In this document: piece by piece, positions 44,536 to 54,347 of the stretch
How positions within the stretch are numbered: position 1 is the first letter of the stretch
Layout of the letters: the number at the start of each line of letters is the position of its first letter
Assembly (NCBI GenBank): GCA_964404855.1
Contig: CAYOLO010000002.1
Span: 67,494 to 131,493, forward strand
Length of the DNA stretch: 64,000 nt
Direction of reading: 5' to 3'
From: an uncultured Gammaproteobacteria bacterium
GTDB taxonomy: Bacteria; Patescibacteriota; Microgenomatia; CAYQLK01
Position numbers and translations under genes: made by a program
Notes under the pieces: model-generated
The model's database searches: none
What the model saw: the letters and a program-made list of their open reading frames with translations, nothing else
Told to the model about the DNA's origin: nothing

Positions 44536-45027
44536 ATGATTTTACGAATAATTTACACACTTTTTATCGGCGTATTTTTAGCAGTATTTGTAGGAGTAGG
44601 AGTTTCTGCTTTTTATTCTGGACCCAAGTATCCCGAAATGCCTGCGATGTTGAAATATTGTTCAATTGAGCTTAAAGATGCTGACCAGTGTGCTGATTAT
44701 AAAAAATCAGCAGAGGAATTCGACATGGCTGAAAAAATATATCGAACTCAATCTCAAGATTACAATCGAAATGTTTCGATGATTGCTGTCATTGCGGCGG
44801 TGATTCTTGTGACTACAAGTTTAACTCTGTTTAAAAAAATATTACTCATTGCTGATGGAATATTGCTTGGAGGAGTACTGACATTGCTTTATGGTACTAT
44901 TCGCGGATTTAGTGCAGAAAATCTAAAGTTTTTGTTCCTGGTCGTCTCGGTTGGGTTAATCGTGTCTCTGGTGCTTGGATATCTTAAATTTATTCGACCT
45001 GTCAAAACAGGTAATAAAAAGAAGTAG
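44536..45027 (+). CDS. Hypothetical membrane protein
   Basis: 163 aa; N-terminal and two central TM segments. Confidence 0.4.
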   Translation: MILRIIYTLFIGVFLAVFVGVGVSAFYSGPKYPEMPAMLKYCSIELKDADQCADYKKSAEEFDMAEKIYRTQSQDYNRNVSMIAVIAAVILVTTSLTLFKKILLIADGILLGGVLTLLYGTIRGFSAENLKFLFLVVSVGLIVSLVLGYLKFIRPVKTGNKKK

Positions 45028-45051
45028 TCTGAGTTGAGGTTGATACTCTAG

Positions 45052-45303
45052 ATGTATTACGTTTATATAGTTAAGTGCGCCGACGGAACATACTACACAG
45101 GTAGGACAAATGATTTGGAAAAAAGGTTAAACAATCATAATCACTCCAAAAATGGCGCGCACTACACAAAAATCAGAAGGCCTGTTGAGCTTGTATATAA
45201 AGAGGAGTGTTTAAGTTTGGGTGATTCTTTAAGACGAGAGTTGGGAATAAAAAAATTAAGTCGCAAGCAAAAGAAAGTGTTGATAACAACTAAAAGAATT
45301 TGA
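45052..45303 (+). CDS. GIY-YIG nuclease superfamily protein (UPF0213/YhbQ-like)
   Basis: MYYVYIVKCADGTYYTGRTNDLEKRLNNHN. Confidence 0.85.
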   Translation: MYYVYIVKCADGTYYTGRTNDLEKRLNNHNHSKNGAHYTKIRRPVELVYKEECLSLGDSLRRELGIKKLSRKQKKVLITTKRI

Positions 45304-45874
45304 TTGCAGAAATTATTTTGTTAACGGTCTCAATATTCTGTGTTTGATTATTGTTTTGGTTAATTGTGAAATCGATTTTAAATATTTTTCTAGCGAAAAT
45401 TGAATAGATACTAATTACTTGAGGATTACTGTTTTGGGATTTTGCAATAATAGCGGGGCGTGTGTTGTTAATTATTGATTCACAAACAATATTTGGATTA
45501 TTATCACAATTTGTAACCTGATCCAGTACAGTATCGTACTGTTGGCTAATTGTAATATTGACTCGGATATCACCATCTGAAGAGGTTAGATTAACCGCTT
45601 GAATAGTATCTGTATCGTTTGGTGTTGTAATATCTTCTGTTTGCCAAGCGGCAGGATAAATCATTTGTAGCTTGCTATCCTTGCTCGAAAATACATTTTG
45701 ATCATCAAGATCAACTACTGTTAGTGTTGGGGTTGGAGTTAGTTGTGATGCGTCTATTGTTTCGCTTGGTTCTTGGTTGGATTTGAATAATACCCCCTGT
45801 TTGGTAAGAAAAAATATTAAACCGGTTACCAGCAGTAAAATAATACTTAGTACAATAATTATTTTTTTGACCAT
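45290..45874 (-). CDS. Hypothetical membrane-anchored/secreted protein
   Basis: N-terminal TM IIIVLSIILLLVTGLIFFL. Confidence 0.4.
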   Translation of the reverse strand: MVKKIIIVLSIILLLVTGLIFFLTKQGVLFKSNQEPSETIDASQLTPTPTLTVVDLDDQNVFSSKDSKLQMIYPAAWQTEDITTPNDTDTIQAVNLTSSDGDIRVNITISQQYDTVLDQVTNCDNNPNIVCESIINNTRPAIIAKSQNSNPQVISIYSIFARKIFKIDFTINQNNNQTQNIETVNKIISAIKFF

Positions 45875-45909
45875 ATGAATATTATATTTGAAAAGACTGA
45901 ATTTAGTTC

Positions 45910-47568
45910 TTACCCATTTTTTGGGAACCTAACCTTAGGCCAATGTAACTTAAGGTGAGATAGCAAAAAGTCTCCGGACACTTGTTCGGGCAAAATTACA
46001 TAATCTGCTCCCAGCTCAGTCAGAATTGCGGCATGCTCTTTGTCGCCGGCTCGAACTACGATTGTCGCTTGAGACCTTCTTTTTTTGGCCTCCAGAATAA
46101 TCATCTCATTATCGGTTAAATCGTTGGCAGTCGAAATAATTAGTTTGGATTTACCTAGTTGAAGACCTTCTAGTATTTCTGGATCTCCGGCGTCGCCATA
46201 AATAATGTTGACTCCCTTGTTGCGGTATTCTTGTACGATGTGCGGATTAAAATCTAAAACAATGACCGGAATCTTTTCTCTGTGTAAGTAGTTCACAACT
46301 GGCCCCCCTACCTGGTGGGCACCGATTACAACCACGTGATCATCAAGATCTTCAATTTGGCGAGTTTCAAAAAGATGAATTTTGGAGTGGTGTTCAAAAA
46401 TAACAATAAATTCTTTGAGAATATTATAAATACTCTTGGAGTTTGAAATAAAAATTGAAGAGAGAATAATTGAACCAATCGCAACAGCTGCCATTACTGA
46501 TAACGATTCTTGAGATGCGAGCCCCGCTTGGACGCCGACAAGAAGAACAACTAGTGAAAACTCAGAGACTTGGGAGAGATTAAGTCCTGTTTGAAAAATA
46601 GTGTGCTTACGAAAACCAAAAGCACCCAAAAGAAACATATATAAAAGAGGCTTAATCACAATTGCAAAAACTGTAAAGGCCAAAATTATTGGCCAGTAAC
46701 CTAAAACGTCCAAAATATTGGCCTGAAGTCCAAGATAAACAAAAAATAATGTAAGGAAAAAATCTCTTAATGGTTTAATTTTGCCTTGAATTTGTAGGTG
46801 ATAAGGTGAAGAAGCCAGCGCAACTCCTGCCAAAAACGCACCTATTACTACCGAAAAGCCTGATACAACCGCGAGAGTTGTAAATACAAAACACCAAGTG
46901 ATGGCTGTAAGAAATAACAGTTCGACTGATTTGGCGACTGCGTCGAATACTCTTTCTAAGACGAATCTCGAAAGTAAGAAAGTGAGAATAAATAATCCTA
47001 TTGCCTTAAGTATTAGTGTAATGATTGACAAGCTTTGCTGGAGTCCTAACCCTAAAGCAGACTCGCTAACCGAAATAAACATTAAAACAACTATGGCCAC
47101 AAGATCCTCAATAAGGAGAATTCCGATTGAGAGTTTGCCGTGAAGAGATGCGAGCTCTCTTTTTTCTAATAACATTTTGACGACAACTACGGTTGATGAA
47201 AAAGCTAGTCCTAGTCCAAGATACAAGCTAACCCCTGGACCAAATCCTAAAGTAGTAGCGATTACAAAACCCGCCAAAGTGCTGACAAATATTTGTCCAA
47301 GGGCGGAAAATATAATTGGCATACCTAGAGATTTGATTTCTCTTAAATCGAGCTCCATGCCAATCAAAAAAAGCACAAAGGCAATACCAATTTCTGGTAG
47401 GGCTTCGAAGACTGGAGAATGTCCTGGGTCAATAAGGCTAAGTACTGATATAACAACGCCAGCTAGTAAATAAGCGACAACGAGAGGAAGTTTGAATTTG
47501 AGTGTAACAAACCCAATTAACGAAGAAAGGCTTAATGCGACAGCAAGTTGTGAAAAAATGTTTTCCAT
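45910..47568 (-). CDS. CPA2-family cation:proton antiporter with C-terminal TrkA-N (RCK) domain (KefB-like)
   Basis: ~12 TM N-terminal domain; HVVVIGAHQVGGPVVNYL Rossmann motif. Confidence 0.8.
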   Translation of the reverse strand: MENIFSQLAVALSLSSLIGFVTLKFKLPLVVAYLLAGVVISVLSLIDPGHSPVFEALPEIGIAFVLFLIGMELDLREIKSLGMPIIFSALGQIFVSTLAGFVIATTLGFGPGVSLYLGLGLAFSSTVVVVKMLLEKRELASLHGKLSIGILLIEDLVAIVVLMFISVSESALGLGLQQSLSIITLILKAIGLFILTFLLSRFVLERVFDAVAKSVELLFLTAITWCFVFTTLAVVSGFSVVIGAFLAGVALASSPYHLQIQGKIKPLRDFFLTLFFVYLGLQANILDVLGYWPIILAFTVFAIVIKPLLYMFLLGAFGFRKHTIFQTGLNLSQVSEFSLVVLLVGVQAGLASQESLSVMAAVAIGSIILSSIFISNSKSIYNILKEFIVIFEHHSKIHLFETRQIEDLDDHVVVIGAHQVGGPVVNYLHREKIPVIVLDFNPHIVQEYRNKGVNIIYGDAGDPEILEGLQLGKSKLIISTANDLTDNEMIILEAKKRRSQATIVVRAGDKEHAAILTELGADYVILPEQVSGDFLLSHLKLHWPKVRFPKNG

Positions 47569-47733
47569 TTGGGCAGCTAATTTTGTTATTAAAAAAATTA
47601 CTTATCAATACTAAAGTATACGATTTTCTTACATCTTTGTTTAGTAAATATGATATATCCTATAATTTTTGATTAATGAGAGTAAATCGCATACAATCTG
47701 AGAACAAAACTCATTAAATATATTAGTTTAAAA

Positions 47734-48774
47734 ATGAATCGAGGATTTTGGGACAAATTAAATAAACCGATTATCGGCCTGTCGCCAATGGACGGCGTAA
47801 CTGATGCGGCTTTTAGATATATAACTGACAAATACAGTCAGCCTGATGTTTTGTTCACAGAATTTACATCTGTCGAAGGTATTGCTGCCGGAGCTGACAA
47901 ATTATTAAGTGCCTTTGTGTATCATAAAAGTCCTACTCCAATTGTTGGGCAGATTTTTGGTTCTACGCCAAATGATTTTTATAAAAGTGCTTTTGTTTTA
48001 GCGGAACTTGGATTCGATGGAATTGATATTAATATGGGTTGCCCCGATCCCCATGTAGCAAAAAAAGGGGGTGGTGCAGGACTTATCAAAACTCCGGAGC
48101 TAGCACGCGAAATTATCATTGCAACTCAGAAGGGGTCTGAAGACTGGGCAAGCGGAATAAAAATTGAAAAAACTGGGCTTCCGAAGACAATAACTAATTG
48201 GATAAAAAACTATAAAGAAAAAAATAATATTTTAACAAATAATATTTTACTGCCAGTCTCTGTCAAAACAAGAATAGGTTACGATGAAATAGTTACAGAA
48301 TCTTGGATTGAAACATTGCTTACCACAAAGCCTGCCAATATTACATTACACGGTCGAACACTTAAACAACTATATAGTGGAGAAGCCAACTGGGAGGAAA
48401 TATCAATAGCAGCTAGGCTGACAAAGGATACTACAACCACATTACTTGGAAATGGTGATATTAAATCAATGGATGATGCGCTTGAAAAAATATCGCATTA
48501 CAAAACAGATGGTGCACTAATTGGTCGAGCAGCGTTTGGTAAACCTGAAATTTTTTCTAATAAAGAAATCATTTTGAATGAAAAACTTAAAATTGCAATT
48601 GAACACTGTGAAGCATTTGAAAAATTAACTCCTGAATTAAATTTTTTATCAGTGAGAAAACATTTGGCGTGGTACTGTAAAGGATTTAATAATGCCAGTG
48701 ACAAAAGAATGGCACTTATGATGTCAACCAATTCTAAAGAGGTGCGGAAAATAATCGAAAGTGTAATTAAATAA
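47734..48774 (+). CDS. dus: tRNA-dihydrouridine synthase
   Basis: GLSPMDGVTDAAFR and GFDGIDINMGCP motifs. Confidence 0.85.
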   Translation: MNRGFWDKLNKPIIGLSPMDGVTDAAFRYITDKYSQPDVLFTEFTSVEGIAAGADKLLSAFVYHKSPTPIVGQIFGSTPNDFYKSAFVLAELGFDGIDINMGCPDPHVAKKGGGAGLIKTPELAREIIIATQKGSEDWASGIKIEKTGLPKTITNWIKNYKEKNNILTNNILLPVSVKTRIGYDEIVTESWIETLLTTKPANITLHGRTLKQLYSGEANWEEISIAARLTKDTTTTLLGNGDIKSMDDALEKISHYKTDGALIGRAAFGKPEIFSNKEIILNEKLKIAIEHCEAFEKLTPELNFLSVRKHLAWYCKGFNNASDKRMALMMSTNSKEVRKIIESVIK

Positions 48775-48776
48775 TT

Positions 48777-49565
48777 TTAGAGGGATGTTTTTAGCCAACT
48801 CAAAATATCAGTAACTGTTTGTGGATTTTTCAAAAGTTCTACACCGTGAGCAGTAGATTCAGGATAAATTTTAATTGATTTTGGGTTCGAAGACTTACCA
48901 AAAAATTCTTGAGATGATGTAAGATCTTTTTGGTCGGTTAGGAAAAATATATTTGAAGGACGAAAGTTATTTATATTTTTTCCTTGCAGTGGGCCGTTGG
49001 TTTTTGAAGCAGAAATAGTAACAGTAGCAGAAATAGTATTTTGGTTTGACCCTGAATAAACATAAGCAATATTTGCGCCAAGACTGGCGCCAATTACACC
49101 AATATGCTCCTTGTCGGTGTCAGGTAAGTTTCTAATATATTCAACTGAGGCCTCAAGATCTCCGACTAAGGAATCAAGATAAATACCGGCAGGTTCTTGT
49201 TCAACGGACGACTTAGACCTACCCATACCTCTTAAATCAAAAACTAAAACTCTATAACCGTTATCCAATAATGTGGGAATAAATGCTGACCAGTCTGATC
49301 TATCAGAATCGGATTGATGAACAAGAATTAATGATTTGTAGGGAGGTATTGTATTGACTGGGGAATATACAGTCGCCGAAATTACAGATTTATCTTTGGT
49401 AATGTAGGTAATTTCGTTACCGAAAATATTTTGTTTGGGAGTAGGAGTTGGTGAGAGGGAAACATTAACGGACGGGGATATTGAAATATTATTAATCCTA
49501 ACAACTGCGAGAAGTAAAGCTGAAACAGCTAAAAAAAGAATTAATATAAATAATCCAGGTTTCAT
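48777..49565 (-). CDS. Secreted alpha/beta-hydrolase (dienelactone-hydrolase-like esterase)
   Basis: Signal peptide; nucleophile elbow GVIGASLGAN. Confidence 0.6.
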   Translation of the reverse strand: MKPGLFILILFLAVSALLLAVVRINNISISPSVNVSLSPTPTPKQNIFGNEITYITKDKSVISATVYSPVNTIPPYKSLILVHQSDSDRSDWSAFIPTLLDNGYRVLVFDLRGMGRSKSSVEQEPAGIYLDSLVGDLEASVEYIRNLPDTDKEHIGVIGASLGANIAYVYSGSNQNTISATVTISASKTNGPLQGKNINNFRPSNIFFLTDQKDLTSSQEFFGKSSNPKSIKIYPESTAHGVELLKNPQTVTDILSWLKTSL

Positions 49566-50872
49566 TAAATATTCTCTAAACTAATTTTTATGCGACTAGT
49601 ACAAACTTCTTTGCCTAATATTTCCATTGTTTCAAACAGTGGAGGAGTTGCTGTACTGCCAGTGACTGCAACTCTTAAAATCATAAATACAACGCCTGGT
49701 TTTTGTTCAGTTTTTGTAACATATTCTCTAAATCTGTTTTCAAGTTCTTCGTGAGAAAAATTATTTAGTTCAGAGATTAGCTTAAGTGAGTCAATAATAA
49801 TGTTTTTGACTAAACTAGTATCATTTTTACCAACTAAATCTTTGATGTTTGGCGAAAAATCTCCAAAGAAAAACCCGGAGTATTTAGCAAAGTCAGCTAA
49901 GGTTACTAAGCGCTCTTTAACTAGAGGAATGACTTTTGTGATTTCTTTTGTGTTAATTTTTGGATCAATAAAACCACCCGATATTATTTTTTCCGCTAAA
50001 TCTTTATCGCTCAGTGCTCTTATATATTGGCCGTTATACCAGTTAAGCTTATCAATATTAAAAGTTGGCATAGTTGGATTAATTCCTTTTAAGTCGAACT
50101 TTGAAACTAATTCTTCTCTGGTAAATATTTCTTGATCAGTTTTTGGAGACCAACCAAGAAGTGCTAAAAAGTTAAAAATTGCCTCTGGTAGGTATCCATT
50201 ATCCCGATAAATCATTGCTGATTCAGCACCGTGACGTTTACTAAGTTTTGCTTTGTCAGGACCAACTATTAATGGGAGGTGGACATAAAAAGGTATTTCA
50301 TTTCCCCAACCTAGGGAATTAAACATTTGAATATGTTTGGGTGTTGAGGATATCCACTCATCACCACGAAAAACATGACTGATTTTCATTAGGTGGTCAT
50401 CAACTACATGTGCAAAGTGATATGTGGGATAACCGTCGGATTTGATAATTACAAAATCTCCAAAACTCTCATTAGCAAACTCGATTTTGCCATGAACTAA
50501 ATCATCCCAAGAGGTTACACCTTCTGTTTTGGTCTTAAAGCGAATAGCTCCATCCTCTTTGTAAGCATCCCCAGAGTTGAGCAACTGATCAGCGTATTTG
50601 TGATAAATATCCAGTCTTTGAGATTGAATATATGGACCATATTCACCACCAACCAATGGACCTTCATCTGGTTCAATTTCTAACCATTTTAGGCCTTCCA
50701 CTATTTTTTCTTCAGATCCTGGTACAAGCCGTGCCTGATCAGTATCCTCAATGCGAAGAATATATTTACCGTTATTGGCTCTAGCAAATAACCAGTTAAA
50801 AACTGCAGTTCGACTAAAACCAATATGTGGAGTCCCTGTTGGCGAAGGCGCGACTCTTACTCTGACTTCCAT
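49565..50872 (-). CDS. gltX: Glutamyl-tRNA synthetase
   Basis: HIGH-region PSPTGTPHIGFSRT; KMSKS-like KLSKRHG. Confidence 0.9.
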   Translation of the reverse strand: MEVRVRVAPSPTGTPHIGFSRTAVFNWLFARANNGKYILRIEDTDQARLVPGSEEKIVEGLKWLEIEPDEGPLVGGEYGPYIQSQRLDIYHKYADQLLNSGDAYKEDGAIRFKTKTEGVTSWDDLVHGKIEFANESFGDFVIIKSDGYPTYHFAHVVDDHLMKISHVFRGDEWISSTPKHIQMFNSLGWGNEIPFYVHLPLIVGPDKAKLSKRHGAESAMIYRDNGYLPEAIFNFLALLGWSPKTDQEIFTREELVSKFDLKGINPTMPTFNIDKLNWYNGQYIRALSDKDLAEKIISGGFIDPKINTKEITKVIPLVKERLVTLADFAKYSGFFFGDFSPNIKDLVGKNDTSLVKNIIIDSLKLISELNNFSHEELENRFREYVTKTEQKPGVVFMILRVAVTGSTATPPLFETMEILGKEVCTSRIKISLENI

Positions 50873-50957
50873 AATTTACAGTAGTTGAATTGTTATATAC
50901 TTTATCTAAAGCTTACGAATTGTACAAGATTTATCAAGTAACAACTAATTTCAAATC

Positions 50958-52058
50958 ATGTCGAGTTTAACGGATACTGCAAATACGGTAAAAAGAATTG
51001 GGGTGGTTGGCGTAATCGGAGCGGTGGTTGTTGGAGTAATAATCGTCACACTAATTGGAGCAATAGCAGTTAAAAATAAATACTTCCCTGCTAAGCCAGA
51101 AGTTGTTGAGTTAAGCAAGTTTGGAAAAATAACTCCGATAAATTTTTTATCACAAACTAATATTGACCCAGCTAAGTTAAATTTTCAGATTGAAACAGTG
51201 TCTGGAGACTTGGGAACAACACCACCAAATGAAAAGGTTTTTAAATTTGTAGTGCAAAGCCCTGCAATATTGGGCTTGGAAAATGCCAAGGCAACCGCAG
51301 AAAAAATGGGCTTTGTCTCAGAACCGCAAAATGTTGAGGGGGTAGTTTATCAATGGATAGATGAAGTAACTGGGAGGGTTTTGACCTACAACATTGTTAG
51401 CAAAAATTTTAACATCGAATCTGAAAGAATTTTTTCTCCAGAATATGTTTCTGTTCCTCCACCTGGTAATGAAGCAGCAATTAAAATTGCGAAAAGCTGG
51501 CTGAATCAGAACAATCTGTTTCAAAAAGATTTTGATGAGAGCAAGATAATAACTCGCCCAATCAAGGTAGAAGTTACACAGCTCAAGGAAGCCTTGTCCC
51601 TATCTGAGGCAAATTATGTTGAAGTAAGTTTTAGAAGAAAAGATATTAACGAAATTCCTGTAGTTGAACCGTCGATATCAGGCTTAGTTTCAATTCTTGT
51701 TACTGGAAATGCTGGCAGAGAGTCAGTCGCTCAAGTAAATTACAAATACAATCAAGTTGATGAAGAATCCTACTCCCACTATCCTTTAATTACCAGTGAA
51801 GAAGCGTTTGCAAAACTTAAAAGTGGTGAAGGTGGTAAGGTGATTTCCTCGCCAGTAGTCTCTGGCACAGTTTTTATTCGAAAAGTATATTTGGCTTATT
51901 ATTTGTCAGATTTTGATGATGAATATTTACAGCCAGTAGTTGTATTTGACAGTCTTGATGGATTCGTCGGCGTAAGCCCAGCGATTAAAGATGATCAGTA
52001 TGAACCAGAAAGTGTTAATCAAAATAAAAAGACTCAACCAACGCAAAACCCAAGGTAA
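50958..52058 (+). CDS. Hypothetical membrane-anchored protein
   Basis: N-terminal TM VVGVIGAVVVGVIIVTLIGAI; 366 aa. Confidence 0.4.
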   Translation: MSSLTDTANTVKRIGVVGVIGAVVVGVIIVTLIGAIAVKNKYFPAKPEVVELSKFGKITPINFLSQTNIDPAKLNFQIETVSGDLGTTPPNEKVFKFVVQSPAILGLENAKATAEKMGFVSEPQNVEGVVYQWIDEVTGRVLTYNIVSKNFNIESERIFSPEYVSVPPPGNEAAIKIAKSWLNQNNLFQKDFDESKIITRPIKVEVTQLKEALSLSEANYVEVSFRRKDINEIPVVEPSISGLVSILVTGNAGRESVAQVNYKYNQVDEESYSHYPLITSEEAFAKLKSGEGGKVISSPVVSGTVFIRKVYLAYYLSDFDDEYLQPVVVFDSLDGFVGVSPAIKDDQYEPESVNQNKKTQPTQNPR

Positions 52059-52061
52059 GAG

Positions 52062-53069
52062 CTAATAGTTAATCCACTCAAAATTTTGATATGCCCACTC
52101 GATTATGTTTTGACTCTCCTCAAATCTGTTTTGTGACCCAAGCAAAACAATAATTAGTTCTTTATTCTCTCGATTCGTAAGTGTAATCAGATTCTGACCT
52201 GCGCCATCAGTCGTTCCTGTTTTGCCCGCAATAACACCAGGCACGCTAAACAAAAGTTCATTAAGATTGGTCAGTGGGTAAGTTTTGTTTGCCAAGGTGT
52301 TGGTCAGAACCAGTGTGCGAGTATTGGATATTTCTTCAATGATAGGAGATTCTATGAACGCCACTTTTGCAAGTTTTGCAAGATCCTCAGCGGTTGAGTA
52401 TAGATTTGGGGAATCTAAGCCGGCTGGATTAGAAAACTGTGTGTCTTTCATATTTAGTTCCGCTGCTTTCTGGTTCATTCTAAAAATGAATGAGTCGTAG
52501 TTTTCTGCACAGTTGTCAGCCAAAGCAAAGGCGGCATCGTTAGCTGAAGCGATAAGCGTCGCAAATAACAAGTTTTTAATAGTAATATTCTCCCCTTCAG
52601 ATAAACCAATTACTGTTCCATCAACCTTTGATCTTTTAACAGATACGACTTTGTCTGGATTACAATTCTCTAAAGCCACAACGGCGGTCATAAGCTTGGT
52701 GGTGGATGCAGGTAATAATTTACTATCTTTGTTTTTTGAAAAGAGAACAACACTTGATAAAGGGTCAACTACAAATAGTGATCTGGCTGTGGTTTGCGGT
52801 GGTAGGCTTGCCCCTAAAATTCGCTGAGGATATGAGCTTGGTTCAGAAAAAAATTTGGAATCTAAGTTTTTGGGAGACGAAAATGGCTTGAGATTTAGAT
52901 AAAGCTCATCAGAATAAAAATTTGGATATTTTGAGTTGGCCAAAATTACAATAATTAATCCAAGAAAAAATACAGCAATGGTTTTGCTGGTAAGTAATTT
53001 GACGAATAGAGAATTTTTAAGGAGTGAGTCTCTTAAGATCTCTAGGGAAGAGCGTTGCTTTTTTGACAT
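52062..53069 (-). CDS. D-alanyl-D-alanine carboxypeptidase (peptidase S11, PBP5-like)
   Basis: SxxK PASTTKLMT, SxN ASANDAA, KTG AGKTGTT. Confidence 0.8.
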   Translation of the reverse strand: MSKKQRSSLEILRDSLLKNSLFVKLLTSKTIAVFFLGLIIVILANSKYPNFYSDELYLNLKPFSSPKNLDSKFFSEPSSYPQRILGASLPPQTTARSLFVVDPLSSVVLFSKNKDSKLLPASTTKLMTAVVALENCNPDKVVSVKRSKVDGTVIGLSEGENITIKNLLFATLIASANDAAFALADNCAENYDSFIFRMNQKAAELNMKDTQFSNPAGLDSPNLYSTAEDLAKLAKVAFIESPIIEEISNTRTLVLTNTLANKTYPLTNLNELLFSVPGVIAGKTGTTDGAGQNLITLTNRENKELIIVLLGSQNRFEESQNIIEWAYQNFEWINY

Positions 53070-54309
53070 TGTCTAAGTTTAAGAACTTTGCTGTTAATCT
53101 TTCAAGACCTATTGCTAGTCCACCGTGAGGAGGCATACCAAACTTAAAGGCATCAAGATATGATTCAAAGTTTTTTGGATCAAGTTTTCTTTCCTTTATT
53201 TTTTCTATTAATTGATTATAGTCGTGTATTCTTTGTCCGCCAGTCGTTACTTCAATTCCTCGGTAAATTAAATCAAAACTGTCGGTAACAGTTGGATCCT
53301 CATTAGATGGATATGCATAAAATGGTCTTTTTGAGGTGGGAAAATGGGTAACAAAAACAAAATCGCTGTCCTCGTTCTTTAAATAATATTCACTCAAATC
53401 TTTTTCATCTTGTGGCTCTAAATCAGGTTCGTTCGTATTGTCTCTGCCATATTCTTTTTTAATCAGTATTTGTGCATCTTTTAATGTAATGGTTGGAATT
53501 TTTTTGGGTAGTTTGGGTAACTCAACACCAAAGGCCGAAAATATGTTTTTTGCTTTTGCGGAAAGTGCATCAACTAAATTATTTAAAAATATTTCTTCAA
53601 CTTCTAAAATATCTTTAAACGATTGAATATACCCCATTTCTAAATCAAGACTTGTGTACTCATTAACATGACGAGAGGTATCGTGCTCTTCAGCTCTAAA
53701 AACTGGCGCGATTTCATAAACCCTGTCAAAAACACCTGCCATTATCTGCTTATAAAATTGTGGACTTTGCGCCAGATAAGCTTTTTTACCAAAGTAATCG
53801 ACGGTGAACAAATTAGCACCACCCTCTGTCGCCGTTGAAACTATTTTAGGTGTAAAAACCTGAGTGAAACCAATGTCATTAAGTGTGGAAGAAAAAGTAT
53901 TAGCAATAATTGACTGAACTTTAAAAATATTTCTTTGTTTAATATTTCTTAATGTTAGTGGCCGGTGATCCAAAAGTGTATCGATTGCCAAATCCAAATC
54001 TTTGGCAGACAAGTCGAAAGGAAGTTCTTGAGACTTACTTAGCACTTTGATACTCTCAGCCACCATTTCTACTTTACCTGTTTCGATATCCTGATTAACT
54101 AGGTTTTCAGGTCTTAGTTTTATCTCCCCTGTTATCTCGACCGTGTCTTGTTGCGAAAGATCTTCTCCTGTTTTGACTACAACTTGAATGTATCCAGTTC
54201 TGTCTAGGAGATCTAAAAACTTTATTTTTCCGTGATCCCGAATAATATTAACCCTGCCACAAAGTGTGACTGTTTCCCCAATTTTTTTTGCCGACTCAGT
54301 AATTGTCAT
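53017..54309 (-). CDS. aspS: Aspartyl-tRNA synthetase, short (archaeal/AsnRS-like) type; AspRS vs AsnRS not resolvable by eye
   Basis: N-terminal OB fold; motif 2 FRAEEHDTSRHVNEYTSLDLEMGY; motif 3 GMPPHGGLAIGLERL; 430 aa. Confidence 0.75.
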   Translation of the reverse strand: MTITESAKKIGETVTLCGRVNIIRDHGKIKFLDLLDRTGYIQVVVKTGEDLSQQDTVEITGEIKLRPENLVNQDIETGKVEMVAESIKVLSKSQELPFDLSAKDLDLAIDTLLDHRPLTLRNIKQRNIFKVQSIIANTFSSTLNDIGFTQVFTPKIVSTATEGGANLFTVDYFGKKAYLAQSPQFYKQIMAGVFDRVYEIAPVFRAEEHDTSRHVNEYTSLDLEMGYIQSFKDILEVEEIFLNNLVDALSAKAKNIFSAFGVELPKLPKKIPTITLKDAQILIKKEYGRDNTNEPDLEPQDEKDLSEYYLKNEDSDFVFVTHFPTSKRPFYAYPSNEDPTVTDSFDLIYRGIEVTTGGQRIHDYNQLIEKIKERKLDPKNFESYLDAFKFGMPPHGGLAIGLERLTAKFLNLDNVKKATLFPRDLKRLTP

Positions 54310-54347
54310 AAGGTGATTCTAATTAGACAAGCAAGAATTGTAAATGA

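Noticed and set aside
53017-53069. 53-nt overlap between the carboxypeptidase start and the aspS end
   Set aside because: It is a probable start-site choice issue: the downstream Met may be the true start, or the overlap is real in a compact genome. It was not treated as a frameshift or pseudogene.
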